Shown here one piece after another: positions 31,171-42,510 of a stretch of 64,000 nt of DNA (position 1 is its first letter; the number at the start of each line of letters is the position of its first letter). The notes beneath the pieces are model-generated. The model ran no database searches, had not been told where the DNA came from, and was given only the letters and a program-made list of their open reading frames with translations. Both the position numbers and the translations under genes were made by a program. The DNA is from Porphyridium purpureum (lineage: Eukaryota): the NCBI GenBank assembly GCA_008690995.1, contig VRMN01000001.1, positions 2,232,001 to 2,296,000 of the forward strand, read 5' to 3'.

Positions 31171-31616
31171 TTCCTTGCCCTACTCGCTCTGGCCCGCGTG
31201 GTCCCTCTCGCTTTGTTCTGCTCGACACGCTCTGTCGCGCGCGCTGCGTCAACACCCCGGACGCGCCGATGCGACGTCAGAATACCAGGCATTCAACTGA
31301 CGCGCAACCGGATCACCCTTGCAGTTTCTCACCATTTTGTGCTCACATGCCAGACTCAGCCGAAAATAGAGAGAACTGTCAGCGATGGGCGCCGGTTCGA
31401 TAAAATCCGTCTGTTTTCCTAGGAAATGGATTTACGCTCCGGAGGTCGGCGGACGAGTGGCTGGTGCCGTTGTACTGGACTTGCGGCGGGGCAGAGCTGA
31501 TCTGAGAACCTAGTGGGACAGCCGTCTGCATGGCACCGCCCAACACGCGTTCGAAGAACGGTGCCGCGGTGTGACGATGCCATGAATTCGGTCGCAGCTG
31601 CCGCTCTGCTGAGGAA

Positions 31617-32267
31617 CTAGGCGTGGGTTCGGTGTCTCATACAGACCACGAGGAAACACACAACACAGACGGTGTCGATGAGCAGCTCGATGATGAGGAA
31701 CCGTACGAGCGCGCGTTGCTCGAACGGATCGCGTTGCTGAGATGACGCCAGGAACAGCGGCAGACCGCACAAGTACACGAGCAGCGGCACGTGCAGCGTG
31801 AGCACCACACTTGCCACCACAAAGCGACATACAGACGCGCGCTGAGCCGTGCGAAGCGGATTGCGGCAAGAGTGCTCGGTCAGGCTACACTCGGCAACGG
31901 CGTCTAGAAACTCGCGGTTGTAAGTACTCTGACAGACTTCACACGCGTGTATCCCGACATACGCATCGTTTTGCCTGTCAAGTGCTCGCAGTAGAGGGTC
32001 GAAAAGGGGCAGCAGCGCTTCTTCTACGAGGCTCGAATGTCTCGCACGCTTCTCAATCCATATGGCGCAGCAAGACGCATGCACGGGCAGTGACGTGCAG
32101 CGGCACGGGTAGAATAGCGCCTCGTGATAGTCTGGTTCGTAGCAAAACTTGCAGACTGGCAAATCGTCCTCATCCTCTTCACGACAACCGCTACTTCTTC
32201 CGGTCATTCTTGCCTCCGAGCAGCTTGGACTGGAACCTGAGCCCGACGCAGACGTCAGCGTCGCCAT
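31617..32267 (-). CDS. RING-CH (MARCH-type) membrane E3 ubiquitin ligase
   Basis: CKFC...PCRC...VHASCC.IW...CEVC (C4HC3) followed by two hydrophobic segments. Confidence 0.82.
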   Translation of the reverse strand: MATLTSASGSGSSPSCSEARMTGRSSGCREEDEDDLPVCKFCYEPDYHEALFYPCRCTSLPVHASCCAIWIEKRARHSSLVEEALLPLFDPLLRALDRQNDAYVGIHACEVCQSTYNREFLDAVAECSLTEHSCRNPLRTAQRASVCRFVVASVVLTLHVPLLVYLCGLPLFLASSQQRDPFEQRALVRFLIIELLIDTVCVVCFLVVCMRHRTHA

Positions 32268-32648
32268 TTTTTTCGGAACTTCAACAACGGGCAGAGTTTG
32301 CTAGACCGCCCGCGCGACGTATCCGCGAGCGAAGAAACCTGTTCCTCAGCCCCCAGAATTTTGTTCCTTCGCGTGCCTCAAAAGTTCGGCATGCTTTCCT
32401 TCTCGTCTTCAAGATGTCACATACCCCCAAATCTGGCAGCGGCTGTTGTGTCGTAAAGTCGCAAGCCTCTTTCACCAGCTGGTCTCGCAGACCACGCGCC
32501 CCTTTTTACTTTCAAGCTTTAGTCACACGGAACTCAATGCTGGGCGCAAGCGGGCTGCACGAGTTGCAGACGCAACGCGGGTGCAACTTTTTTTTCTCCA
32601 GGCGGGTCGCAAGACGCGCTCCTTCTTTCGGTACGCACAGACCAGGTC

Positions 32649-32711
32649 ACGCGCAAACACAGAGCGTGCAGCGCTGACGCGCAAACACAGAGCGTGCAGC
32701 GCTGACGCGCA
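32649..32711. repeat. Direct tandem repeat, 28-bp unit ACGCGCAAACACAGAGCGTGCAGCGCTG, about 2.25 copies
   Basis: Two perfect adjacent copies plus a partial third, in the divergent RING-CH/GGT intergenic region. Confidence 0.9.
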
Positions 32712-33127
32712 CTGAATCTGTGACCTGCTCCATCGCCATGCGCGAGCACAGAACACACAATACCTCATCTGGCGCTGTACTATTTAGTACAGTGCAAAAC
32801 ACGGCACGAATGCCGCATTCCAAAGTCATGCCGCATGACAAGGCGTGCCAAACGCAGGCCACAACGAGGGGCGTGTAGGGTTTTTGTGACTAGAGGCAGA
32901 AGACGTGCGCTGGTGCATTGCGGACACGCGCGAATGAGTTGTTGCGACGGTGTTGTGCGTGCGGCTGCTGCAGGTCGCGCAACGGAGAGTCGACGCTTCC
33001 GCCTGTCTGACGGAGCCTCTCGGTCCATCCGGATTGGCGTCGAGCTGCGGCGCCTGGCGCAAGGGGGAGAGAAAGAAAAATAACCGGACGCATTGCGTCG
33101 ATCGGGGGGACTGACGGACGCGCGCGC

Positions 33128-33151
33128 GTGTGTGTGTGTGTGTGTGTGTGT
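33128..33151. repeat. (GT)n tract about 25 nt upstream of the GGT start
   Basis: Direct read. Confidence 0.9.
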
Positions 33152-33175
33152 CTCCTAGTGGTTTGCAACCTCGTC

Positions 33176-35848
33176 ATGGAGGACGGGCCGGCGGGCACAG
33201 AGGCAAACGGTTGGGACTTGGATGACGTGAATTGGTCAGACCAAGAACATGCCACGAATGGAGTGCCTGGGTCACGGTCTGGATTGGAACGGGCGTCAAT
33301 ACCGGAAGTGGGTCAGCGCGCGGGGACGCAGTTTCCGCCACCGCCGGCGACGGTGGTGGCAAACGGACACCAAGTCACAGCAAGTATCGTCCCACGGCAG
33401 CCGCGCAGAACGGCACAGTACACAATTGATGATGGGGAAGAAAACGATGAAGTCCGGCATACGGATGGCATTTCGGCGCACATTGACAGTCGGAGCGTGC
33501 AGCGAGGAACGCTCGCAGCCCAGAGGCAGACCAGCCTTCGGTCCAACGACAGCGAGCATGCGTATCGCAAGGGCAAGCCGTTCGTTGCATTTAATGATAC
33601 TTCCAACACGCGGCATACATACCCCTCCATAGATGACGACGCTGGCGATGATGATGTCAATGATTCGGCAGATTACCGGGGACAAGGAGGCGACGAGTGG
33701 GACTCTTCTGATGAGTATGATGAGGAACAGCGCTTTGTCCGAGGCAGCTCCCTCGGTGGCGATGATTTGGATGCCCAAGGAGGACCCGTTTTTTCTCGAT
33801 TTCGTTTCGCAGAGCTGCGCGCGCGCGCATGGTCGCGGCGCTTCCGTCGCGGCGTGCGAAGCACAGTAAGCACACTTTGTCCCATGCTTGGCCTCGAGAC
33901 GCCGGATCTCGACTCGGCGGTACACAACCTAAGCGTGCTTTTCTGGTACATCACCTTGGCCGTCACTTTGATAGGCGTGTCCATGCTGCTGAATCGCGTT
34001 GCACCAGAGGCGCCCGGAGAGCCCGGCGAACAGCCAGCCATTTTGCCAGCCGCCGGCGCGAGCATAAAGACGGGAGCAAGTGGCGCCGTGGCTGCGGACA
34101 ATGAAGTTTGCTCACAGCTAGGCGTCGATGTTTTCAAGAAGCACAAGGAGGCAACTGCTGCAGACGCCTCCGTCGCGGTACTTTTATGTCAGGGTGTCCT
34201 GAGTCCATACGCCTCCGGGCTTGGTGGTGGTATGTTCGCGCTTTACTATGACGCGGAGACCCAGAACGCGATCGTCTATGATGCCCGCGAAACTGCGCCT
34301 GCCAAAGTGACCGAGGCAATGTTTGAGATTGCTGGGGCCTCAACCATAGGCGGTAGCGCAGTCGCTGTGCCTGGTGAATTGAAAGGGCTCGAGATGTTGC
34401 ACAAGGCCCACGGTAAAGTCGCATGGTCTGAGCTCGTGTCGCTTGTGGTACCGCTTGCTGAGAAAAGTTACGTGGGACCTATGCTCGCCAAGCGGCTCAC
34501 GCAATACAAAAAATTGGTCGTACAATCGACCTACTTGAGAGGCATTTACGCCAGGCGCATGGAGGAGCCGCCCAAGAGAAACATTCGCGACACCTCGCAG
34601 GAAAGGAAGGACGATTCAAAAGCTGGCACTTGGTGGGAAGATGGTGCTGGTGAGCTCATGAGCACATATCGCGTCCTTGAAGTAGGTGAGGAGGTTGAAC
34701 GACCTGTGTTAGCCGAAACTTTGCGCCAAGTTGCCCAGCGCGGGGCGGCTTATCTGTACCACGACATGGCGGGGCAAGTGGCGGACGAAATCAGTACGGC
34801 GGGTGGCATATTCACGGCGAAAGACTTGAACTCTTACGCGGCAGTGATGCGCGAACCGCTCAGCTATTTTTACAATGGCAAGCTTGTGTACGGTGTACCG
34901 CCACCATCGTCTGGTGGCGCGTGCCTTGCGCAAGTGCTCAATATCTTGGAAGGCTTTCAGCTAAAGCGCTTGGGTCGCAATGGGCGCAGCCTTCATCTCG
35001 TGGTGGAAGCACTCAAGTTCGCATTTGGTGACCGCATGGACCTCGGAGATCCGGACTTTGTCCCTGAGACCGAGGAGGAAGTGCGCCAAATGATGGATAA
35101 AGTGACTGCCATGCAGCAGCGAGCGCGGATTATGCCTGACGCAACTTTTGATCCGCAATACTACCAGCCAAATCTCAAAGGTATGAAGGACGCGGGCACG
35201 TCGCACATGTCCATTGTCGATCGGTTTGGAAATGCGGTTTCCTTGACCAGCAGTATCAACCTGCCCTTCGGGTCGGGTTTTGTGTCGCCCTCGACCGGCA
35301 TTTTGATGAACAACCAGATGGACGACTTTAGTACAGCGAATGTTTCCAACTCGTTTGGCATATTCCCTGCGCCGAGAAACAGAGTGCAGCCGGGCAAGCG
35401 GCCGCTGTCGTCCATGTCGCCCACGATTGTCATCAAGGATGGTGCGGTACACTTTGTGGTCGGCGCCAGCGGCGGCCCTAAAATTATAACATCGGTACTG
35501 CAGGTCGTGCTCGCGGTACTCGACTTTGGCGACGATTTGGCGACTGCTATTTCGGCGCCACGCCTTCACCATCAGCTCATCCCGAATGTATTGAACATGG
35601 AGTCGGTCTCGGCAGAGGACTGCGCTCTCAAAGAGACGTACGAGTCCGCGGCGGGCGAGGGGTGGAAATACTGGAGCGGGATTTGCGCCGAACTGAAACA
35701 GCGTGGGCACGTGATCACCAGTAAGACCGAGAATGAGCTTGGTTGCGTACAAGCGGTGGTTGTGGTGAACAACGCAACCTCTGAGGGTAGCAGGATATTG
35801 TATGCTTCGAGCGATCCTCGTAAAATGGGCATGGCAGCCGCATACTGA
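33176..35848 (+). CDS. GGT: Gamma-glutamyltranspeptidase (glutathione hydrolase), type II membrane protein with a long acidic N-terminal tail
   Basis: GAVAAD, SGLGGG, DARETAP, AVPGELKG, PPPSSGG, GTSHMSIVD (autocleavage Thr), NNQMDDF, PGKRPLSSMSP, SDPRK; TM segment LFWYITLAVTLIGVSMLL. Confidence 0.95.
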   Translation: MEDGPAGTEANGWDLDDVNWSDQEHATNGVPGSRSGLERASIPEVGQRAGTQFPPPPATVVANGHQVTASIVPRQPRRTAQYTIDDGEENDEVRHTDGISAHIDSRSVQRGTLAAQRQTSLRSNDSEHAYRKGKPFVAFNDTSNTRHTYPSIDDDAGDDDVNDSADYRGQGGDEWDSSDEYDEEQRFVRGSSLGGDDLDAQGGPVFSRFRFAELRARAWSRRFRRGVRSTVSTLCPMLGLETPDLDSAVHNLSVLFWYITLAVTLIGVSMLLNRVAPEAPGEPGEQPAILPAAGASIKTGASGAVAADNEVCSQLGVDVFKKHKEATAADASVAVLLCQGVLSPYASGLGGGMFALYYDAETQNAIVYDARETAPAKVTEAMFEIAGASTIGGSAVAVPGELKGLEMLHKAHGKVAWSELVSLVVPLAEKSYVGPMLAKRLTQYKKLVVQSTYLRGIYARRMEEPPKRNIRDTSQERKDDSKAGTWWEDGAGELMSTYRVLEVGEEVERPVLAETLRQVAQRGAAYLYHDMAGQVADEISTAGGIFTAKDLNSYAAVMREPLSYFYNGKLVYGVPPPSSGGACLAQVLNILEGFQLKRLGRNGRSLHLVVEALKFAFGDRMDLGDPDFVPETEEEVRQMMDKVTAMQQRARIMPDATFDPQYYQPNLKGMKDAGTSHMSIVDRFGNAVSLTSSINLPFGSGFVSPSTGILMNNQMDDFSTANVSNSFGIFPAPRNRVQPGKRPLSSMSPTIVIKDGAVHFVVGASGGPKIITSVLQVVLAVLDFGDDLATAISAPRLHHQLIPNVLNMESVSAEDCALKETYESAAGEGWKYWSGICAELKQRGHVITSKTENELGCVQAVVVVNNATSEGSRILYASSDPRKMGMAAAY

Positions 35849-35994
35849 ACCTGGTGTGGAACCCGAGAAAAACCAGCACGGGAAGACGCCGGCAGAGCCG
35901 CAGCAGCAGCAGAGGAAGGAATATCGAGCAGTCACACTGCTGTACACCGTAAACGTCCCTGTGGTGCACCGAGGCCACGGCACGCGATACGCCT

Positions 35995-37062
35995 TTATGC
36001 CAAAAACACCCATAACAACATGAACAAAAATATGGTCGCGAAAATCTTGAGAATCAAGCCGCGATTTGAGGAGAGCGAGTTGTAGTAGCGCATGAGCTGG
36101 GTGCGGCCTTCCTCCAGGTTCGACATGGTATCGTCCACATTAGCGTCGATGCGTTCGACCATTTCGCCCTGCTCACTAACCATGGTAGCAAGCTGAGTAA
36201 AGATCTGCCCGAGTTCAGCAATTGTGCTCTCAACCTGCTTTACCGCCTCAGCGCGAGCTTGCAGATACGTCGCCTCTGGGCGTGCCATCTGGAGCTGCTG
36301 TCGAAATTCTTGGTGGCGAAAGTTCCCGCTACCCGCAGCGCCGCCGACTTCGTTGGCAGTACTGCCGCTACCTAGGTCAATCACGACGTCCGCCGAATCT
36401 GCGCTTGCATGAGAGTTGTTGTTCGCAGCCATCGCTGCCGCGCCGGGCCCCCCTGTAGAGTATCTATGCGTAGGCTGCGAAGCGTGGTGCGGCGCACTTG
36501 CCGGTGGCACGACGCGCTGCGTCGGCGACGCCTCGCCCAGGAACTGGGAGCGCCGATTCTGCTGCGCCTGGAGCGACTCGGTCCTCATCTTCAAAACAGT
36601 TTTAAACTCGGACGCGGTGTCCATGAGCCGCGTCTTGAGCGAGTTGACCACGCTACCGCTATGGTCACCTGCCTGCTTACTAACGACACCCCTTTCCTGA
36701 TTCTGCAGCATCTGGAGTGCTTCGAGCTTGTTATTTAGTCCTGCAATTTCCTGCTTGATCACAAACGTGAGCTCCTGAATTTCCAGAGCCGGGTCGTCAA
36801 AAAGCGACCGCCGCTGCGCCAAGTCCGTGAGACGCTGGAGCTTCATTGAAGTGCGCTGAATGTCCTTTGCCATATCTGCGGCACTCAGTGCAAACTGTGA
36901 CTTGGCGCCCGGCCGCCGACCTGCCGCACCCGCATTTGCCGCCGCTCCGACGCCGCCTGCCTCTCCCGCCGCGCGTCCATCCCCGCTCGCCCGTCGCGCA
37001 GACTCTAGCGCCGCGCAGAACTCGGCCGTCCGGTCTCGCACTGACCCGCTCGTCACCGCCAT
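35995..37062 (-). CDS. STX5: Syntaxin-5 / Sed5 / SYP3 Golgi Qa-SNARE (start MAVTSG at 37062)
   Basis: RDRTAEF, SLFDDP.EIQELT, VESTIAELGQIFTQLATMVSEQGE, RIDANV, SNRGL + C-terminal TM. Confidence 0.95.
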   Translation of the reverse strand: MAVTSGSVRDRTAEFCAALESARRASGDGRAAGEAGGVGAAANAGAAGRRPGAKSQFALSAADMAKDIQRTSMKLQRLTDLAQRRSLFDDPALEIQELTFVIKQEIAGLNNKLEALQMLQNQERGVVSKQAGDHSGSVVNSLKTRLMDTASEFKTVLKMRTESLQAQQNRRSQFLGEASPTQRVVPPASAPHHASQPTHRYSTGGPGAAAMAANNNSHASADSADVVIDLGSGSTANEVGGAAGSGNFRHQEFRQQLQMARPEATYLQARAEAVKQVESTIAELGQIFTQLATMVSEQGEMVERIDANVDDTMSNLEEGRTQLMRYYNSLSSNRGLILKIFATIFLFMLLWVFLA

Positions 37063-37073
37063 CGCTTGTTCCA

Positions 37074-37093
37074 AACACACACACACACACACA
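37074..37093. repeat. (CA)n tract, i.e. (GT)n on the syntaxin sense strand just upstream of its ATG
   Basis: Direct read. Confidence 0.9.
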
Positions 37094-38308
37094 CGCACAC
37101 GCCCACGCACACAGACACCCTTTCTTCCCACCGACCTGCTCACTTTCCTCACACCGCCAACCGCACGCCATGCATCAGCACCAAAATCGACAGAAACCGC
37201 GCTTCTAAATGGTTAATGGCTAGCGGCTCATAGCCGAGTCATTATTTCCGTATTGCGCAGTACACACATGCACGACTCGGGTCGATGCACATGTGCGTTG
37301 CAGCCGTCTGCCAATCTGGAGACGCGTTTGAGCACGTTGTTCTGAAGCGCGGGCGCTTGAATCACCAGCCGGACGAGAGAACGATGCGTGCGCATCCCAG
37401 TGCACTACGTGCCTTTGCCCAAGAGCGAGTCGAAGATGCTGTGATGCCGCCTGTGTGATAAGCTGTTCATGCGTAGTGAAAAAGCACCCTTCGACACGGA
37501 ATTCCCTTATTGAATCCAGCTCGAGAATGCCTGGGTAGAACAGCCGTGCAGCGAAAATACAAAGTAAAAAGAACAAAGCGGTGATCTCAGCAGGAAAGCA
37601 GAGTTGGGAATGGAAAAGGCTCTGTGGATTTGCCAGGAAGGGCACACCTTGCAGTCCTTTCTCCGGCCGTGCGTGGGATGGAGCCGGATGCGACCATGCA
37701 AATACGGCTGAAGCGCTCGGAGCCGCGCGGGAACGCTACGAACACTATGGAGGCCCATCTTCGAGCGCGGGTGTCTAGCTTTGCCATTGACCAGGTTCGC
37801 AACGTGTCTTGCGCGGGTTTACGTAGGTTGTACGAGTTGCCAGCGCGACAAGAGACAGAGCGCGTGTTGCTGCCTGCTGTAGACTCTCCCACAGCGCGAG
37901 AGTTGTCTTGTGGAACACGCCAACACCCAGCCAGGCCGGCAGGAATTCGCCTGCTGTCTGTCCCGAGCACGACGCGAGTTTACAGACCGCACAAATTAGT
38001 GTTAAACAAAGCAATTATTTAAGATTTGTCGCGAGCGCCCTTGGGCGCCTTGAGCTCAAATACGAATCACGATTTGAGGTGCTGCGCCTGGGATTTCGTC
38101 TATTAAATCTGCATCATTCGTATAGGAGGACGCGGAGAGGGGGTAAGGGATTTGACGTGGGTAGAGCGCGGTGTTGATAAGAAGAGGAAGGTGGTAGAGT
38201 AGGAGGGTGGACGAGTGCGAGCGCGCGAGAGGGAGAGGTGGGAGAGTGGGTGGGACGGGAACTGGAGAGAACTGGAGGTGCTCTAGTCTAGATCAGGAAG
38301 CATCTAGG

Positions 38309-38926
38309 ATGGCTTTTGTGTCGGGCTTTGCAGGCGCGCAGATCGCGTCGGGTTCAAGCGCCCAGGTATGCCGTGCGCCGGCGGCCGTGCGCATGAGCGC
38401 TGCGGGTGAGGAGATGTCGCGAAGGGATCTGATGGCAGGCGTCGCCACGGCGGCCGCTGGACTCCTGGTCATTCCTGGCGCCGCCATGGCCGGAGACGCG
38501 CCAAAGCAGTCTTTCTTTGGTGGTAGCTCTGCGTCATCGCCGTTTGTGTACAACATGAAGCAGACGGGCGAGATCTTGTACAAGCCGCTCAATGACGAGG
38601 ACCTCCAGTTCCACAAGAACGTTTTGGAAAAGTCGCGCGGCGAGTTGGACAGGACCTCGGAGCAGATTGCGAGGAAGAGCTGGGACGACATGCGCGGCGT
38701 GATCCGCAACCAGATGTACAACATGCGCCACAGCCAGCTCCGCTTGATTGAGTCGGTCGAAAGCGCAGAGAAGCAAAAGGCGGCCAAGAAGAACTACAAT
38801 GATCTCAAGAAGAGCCTGGAAGAAATGGATCTTGCTGCGCGCAACAAGAAGCAGGAGGACGCAAGGAAGTTCCGCGCCAGCGCGCTCAAGGCATTTGACT
38901 CGTTCACCACGTCGGTGGGTATTTGA
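38309..38926 (+). CDS. psbQ': Photosystem II extrinsic lumenal protein PsbQ' (red-algal PsbQ homolog)
   Basis: MAFVSG transit peptide, Tat signal SRRDLM...AMA, four-helix PsbQ-like region IARKSWDDMRGVIR...MRH...LDLAARNK-like. Confidence 0.85.
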   Translation: MAFVSGFAGAQIASGSSAQVCRAPAAVRMSAAGEEMSRRDLMAGVATAAAGLLVIPGAAMAGDAPKQSFFGGSSASSPFVYNMKQTGEILYKPLNDEDLQFHKNVLEKSRGELDRTSEQIARKSWDDMRGVIRNQMYNMRHSQLRLIESVESAEKQKAAKKNYNDLKKSLEEMDLAARNKKQEDARKFRASALKAFDSFTTSVGI

Positions 38927-39267
38927 AGCAGCGAATCCTTTTGATTTTAGGCAGATGCACCTCTTGAAGCTTCCTTCGGACGCTTTCCAGGCGTCTTCTC
39001 GCGACCCCAATCCACCTTCGTATCCTATATTTTCCCAAGTCAGTGCCCTGGTTTCTGGTGTGCGCTCTTTCTGAACGCTACGGTCAGTGCAAAAGTATGT
39101 GCGGCCCATTACTAAAGTCCAGGTCATTCCTCGATATCTCATTCACTCCTTCACTCGCACCACTCGGCGTTCATTAGCGCCGTTCATACGTTTGCGCTCG
39201 GAAAGTTCTTCGCCAAGCAAAGGGGAAAGATCAGGCCGAACGCGTTAGGATCTGCTCGCTCAGCATC

Positions 39268-40687
39268 ATGGACTTGGAGGACGCACTCCAGCGTATGGAC
39301 CGCGTGCTGAATGGCTTTGGGAAGCGGGACGCTGAAGGCGTGGGCGCGGCGGCTTCGGCACACCGATCTGCTGATTTCGAGGATACAGAAGAGCATGAGA
39401 GTGCATCTTCGGCAAGGGGACGGGAGAGACAGGACCCGGAAGTGAATGAAGCACAATGGGAACTGAGCATAGAATCGCCGCAGAAAGTGGCAGATGCGGA
39501 ATCGCCTTTTCCGGACTCCTTTGCTAACGTGGTCAATGCTCTGAACTTGGCGCGGAAAAAGGTACGATTAGCATTCGGATAACTGGGCTGCTGCGCTTTG
39601 CAGGATTCGCTATGCATGCCATAACCTTGTAGACGTGCGCACGGGACAGATCATTTTGACTGACATGTATGGTGACTTTTGGGTCCGTGCTGCTGCGCTT
39701 GGCTCTCAGGAACGCGATGCCGCGGTTGCATCGCTGGTTGCAGACGCTCGTAAAGGTAATTCGGACAGAACGGATTTGAGCCGATGATGTGTGCAGCATC
39801 TCGTGGCGCGGAATGGGGCGCTCCTAATCTTGCCCGTGATCGCAGGGATACTGACTTTTTTTGTTCTCGTTGCTGAATTGCGGATCCCTTCCTCAGCTGT
39901 TGAAGGCGAGATCGTGCGTGCGCGTCAAATGGGTGACAATGCGTATGAAGCAGAGAAGCAACGTCTCGCCTCCCTTGTCCGCACGAAGCGAGACGATGTG
40001 TTGAAAGTCCGCAAGCAGAGTCTCAAGGCGGTTTCTGGCCTCAAGGTGGGTGAGCGCTCCATGATATTGCTTGGCGTCATTCATTTTTCTTTCCTTGTTT
40101 TGCAATCTCTTGAACCGAGGCTGACGCCACGGGCCGCGTGTGTGTAATGATTTTGCTTGGAACACCAATCAGGCCGCATGTGAGGCCGGGACCAAGAGCG
40201 TGGCGTCCTTGAAGGAACGCTATGGCAACGTGGAGCAAGAGTTCCAGACTCTGCGAAGAGAGGCCCAGTACGTATTGAGACGGTTGTGAATTTATGCGTA
40301 TGTGTAATCATGGCTATATTATCGTGCATGTTCTAACTCAACTTTTCGCACGCATCGGATATCCGTGCGTGAAATATGACGATGCAGGAATACATTGTCC
40401 GTGGAACGGGACGAAGTGAAGGAAAAGCTTCTGCAATTGCAAGCGCGCTCGGTTCAGCATCGCAAAAAGTCGGATGCGGCATTGAAGGTAAGAATAGACC
40501 GAAATGAATGCATGAGGCCCGACGCTTTGAAGCTGCATTTCTCGCTTCTAGCTTTCCGGCTTGATCTGTTTCGGGCAGATTCGCTGACGAGCCGGATCCT
40601 TGGTATTTCTGCTCTGTGACGGACGGCGTTTCCTTTCAGACGCTGTCGAGCATGATTGCGGTACTTCATGGCTCCGACCAGGCATAG
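39268..40687 (+). CDS. Predicted 5-exon gene (39268-39561, 39797-40045, 40173-40267, 40388-40487, 40640-40687) encoding an unknown protein of about 261 aa with one TM segment and a coiled coil
   Basis: Four GT...AG introns with compatible phases (0,0,2,0); CTAAC/CTGAC branch-like sites; spliced product is stop-free. The last acceptor is uncertain. Confidence 0.65.
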
Positions 40688-42510
40688 AGTCTGCCCGTCA
40701 CGGGATGCAGCATGCCGGCCCCGCTTGATTGGGAAGAGGCATGCTGATGATGGTCGAATCTCTGTTTCCGGCATTACAAAGGTCTGCTTGGTTTGTATGT
40801 TTTGGTGTGGTTGAAGGAGTGGGTTTTGAGATCTCTCCCTCTCTCTCTCTCTCGTCTTGTGGCAATATGTCGCCCTGTGTAGCGATCCGTTTCTCCGTCT
40901 GAAATCGTGCGCGGTGTCAGAATTCGTGTTCGCGGCTACACGCTGGATCCATCGTTGAAGACATCGCCAGTGCAAGTTTTCTTTTATGTGCAATCCACGG
41001 TCGATTGTCGGCTGCATGATTTGTTTGTGAATTCCAACTTTCCTGCTCTGCGTGATCGCGTCTCCACGCAGTCTGTAGCTGCACGAGCTGCGCGAGTCCC
41101 GTGTACCGATGTGGTAATCGTCGGTTCTACTATTGGTTGTGAAAGTGATGAGGAAGGCCGCGCGATGACATGATGTCTCAGTGGCACCGGCTTGGATTCC
41201 GTTACCCGCCAGGAATATCGCTCCGACGCTCGCAACGCCTCGGGCTACAACTCTGCTGTGGTGGCAAGATGTTCACGACGTGCTGCGTCTTGGGCGTTGG
41301 TGACAAGACCCAAGCAGGCTCCCACTCGGTACGTGTCGTTCATCGCCGCGCGTCGTGGTGATGTTGCTGCACGTGTCGTGCACCAAGATCGCGCGAAGCG
41401 TGGCGTGACGAAGCAGCTTGAGTGATTGAGCCCCGGAACGCACGTCACTGTCCCACCATGTGCCAAGGCCACACAGTAGGGTTAGGGTTGCGTGCGCGTG
41501 CTGGGAGGGATACGTCTGGCGATGGTGGGGCTGTGGCTGGCTGAGACCCTTCCTTACGTGTGCCGATTCGGCTCAGTCCGAATCAACCCTCACGGAGCCG
41601 GTGCTGCGTCCCTGCCACGTCAATTGTACAGCGCTTCTTCCGCGGCTCGAGTTGCCTTTTTTATTCTAAACCGGCTGTGTTTTTTGGTGTTCCGCTCGAC
41701 GCTCACCCCGGCGCCCTTTTTATTTTCTTCTTCCGCCGTTTGTCATGTCCCACTTGCTAATCCGTCGAATTCATTGTGCCCCTCTACCAAAACCGGCCTA
41801 TCTTACTATGCTGTGTGTTCCAGCAGCCCGGTCAGCGCTGCAACCACCGCAATACAGCCCAACCTTCATACAAACGTACACGAATACACACACATACGCC
41901 GAGTTACACGTATGGACGGCGGACATGCCCCCGATGATTCAAGATGACGAATCCGAGTGTGCAAGCTGCCGCGCTGCACGACAGCCCCAAAACAGAAGAT
42001 ACACCAAAAAAGCGCCGCAGTAAAGCAGCGTTCAGTAGGCAAACACAGCACCGCTACATAGACCAACAACACACACACACAAACACCCACACCCGCACCC
42101 TCCCTTTTGTAGCGAGATTGGGCATGGGGCACGTAACTTGGATGCACGTAATGCGCCGTCTCGTTGCATTGGCCTGCTTGCATTCTGGGACGCCGGAATA
42201 TTTTTGTTTCTTGTTCTTGTGTTTTTCCCCCTCCGCTGGGTACGGCTCTCTCCCGGGTATAAGAGCCGCGTGAGGCGCGACGTGGACGACACCACTTGCC
42301 AAACGGAACGCTCTTGGCGCTGTAGAGTGTGAACAGAAACCGGTGGGTTAGCCCTCGTTGGTGTCGCAGAGGCTGCAGCAAAGAAAGAAGAATTAGTCCG
42401 ACCATTGCCTATTCTGTATCTATATACACGCGAGAACGTGTGGATGACGCAGAGAATCGTCTAGGAGGCCATTTGATTTGTGTGTGTAGGGGTGGATCCA
42501 AGAGGTCAGT

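Noticed and set aside
32649..32711. Possible CRISPR array (28-bp repeat)
   Set aside because: The copies are directly adjacent with no spacers, there are no cas genes, and the context is eukaryotic
1163..35848. Sulfur/gamma-glutamyl metabolic gene cluster (sat, ABC permease, amidotransferase, GGT)
   Set aside because: The genes are spread over 35 kb among unrelated housekeeping genes; there is no evidence of clustering beyond chance
37220..38022. Short ORFs between syntaxin-5 and psbQ'
   Set aside because: No recognisable motifs; may be a decayed gene or promoter sequence, but this cannot be supported
41477..41489. TAGGGTTAGGGTT telomere-like motif
   Set aside because: Only two units, which is compatible with chance; any link to TEN1 14 kb away is unsupported
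40700..42500. Short ORFs upstream of the HAD-like gene
   Set aside because: Low-complexity, leader-like composition with no coherent coding signal
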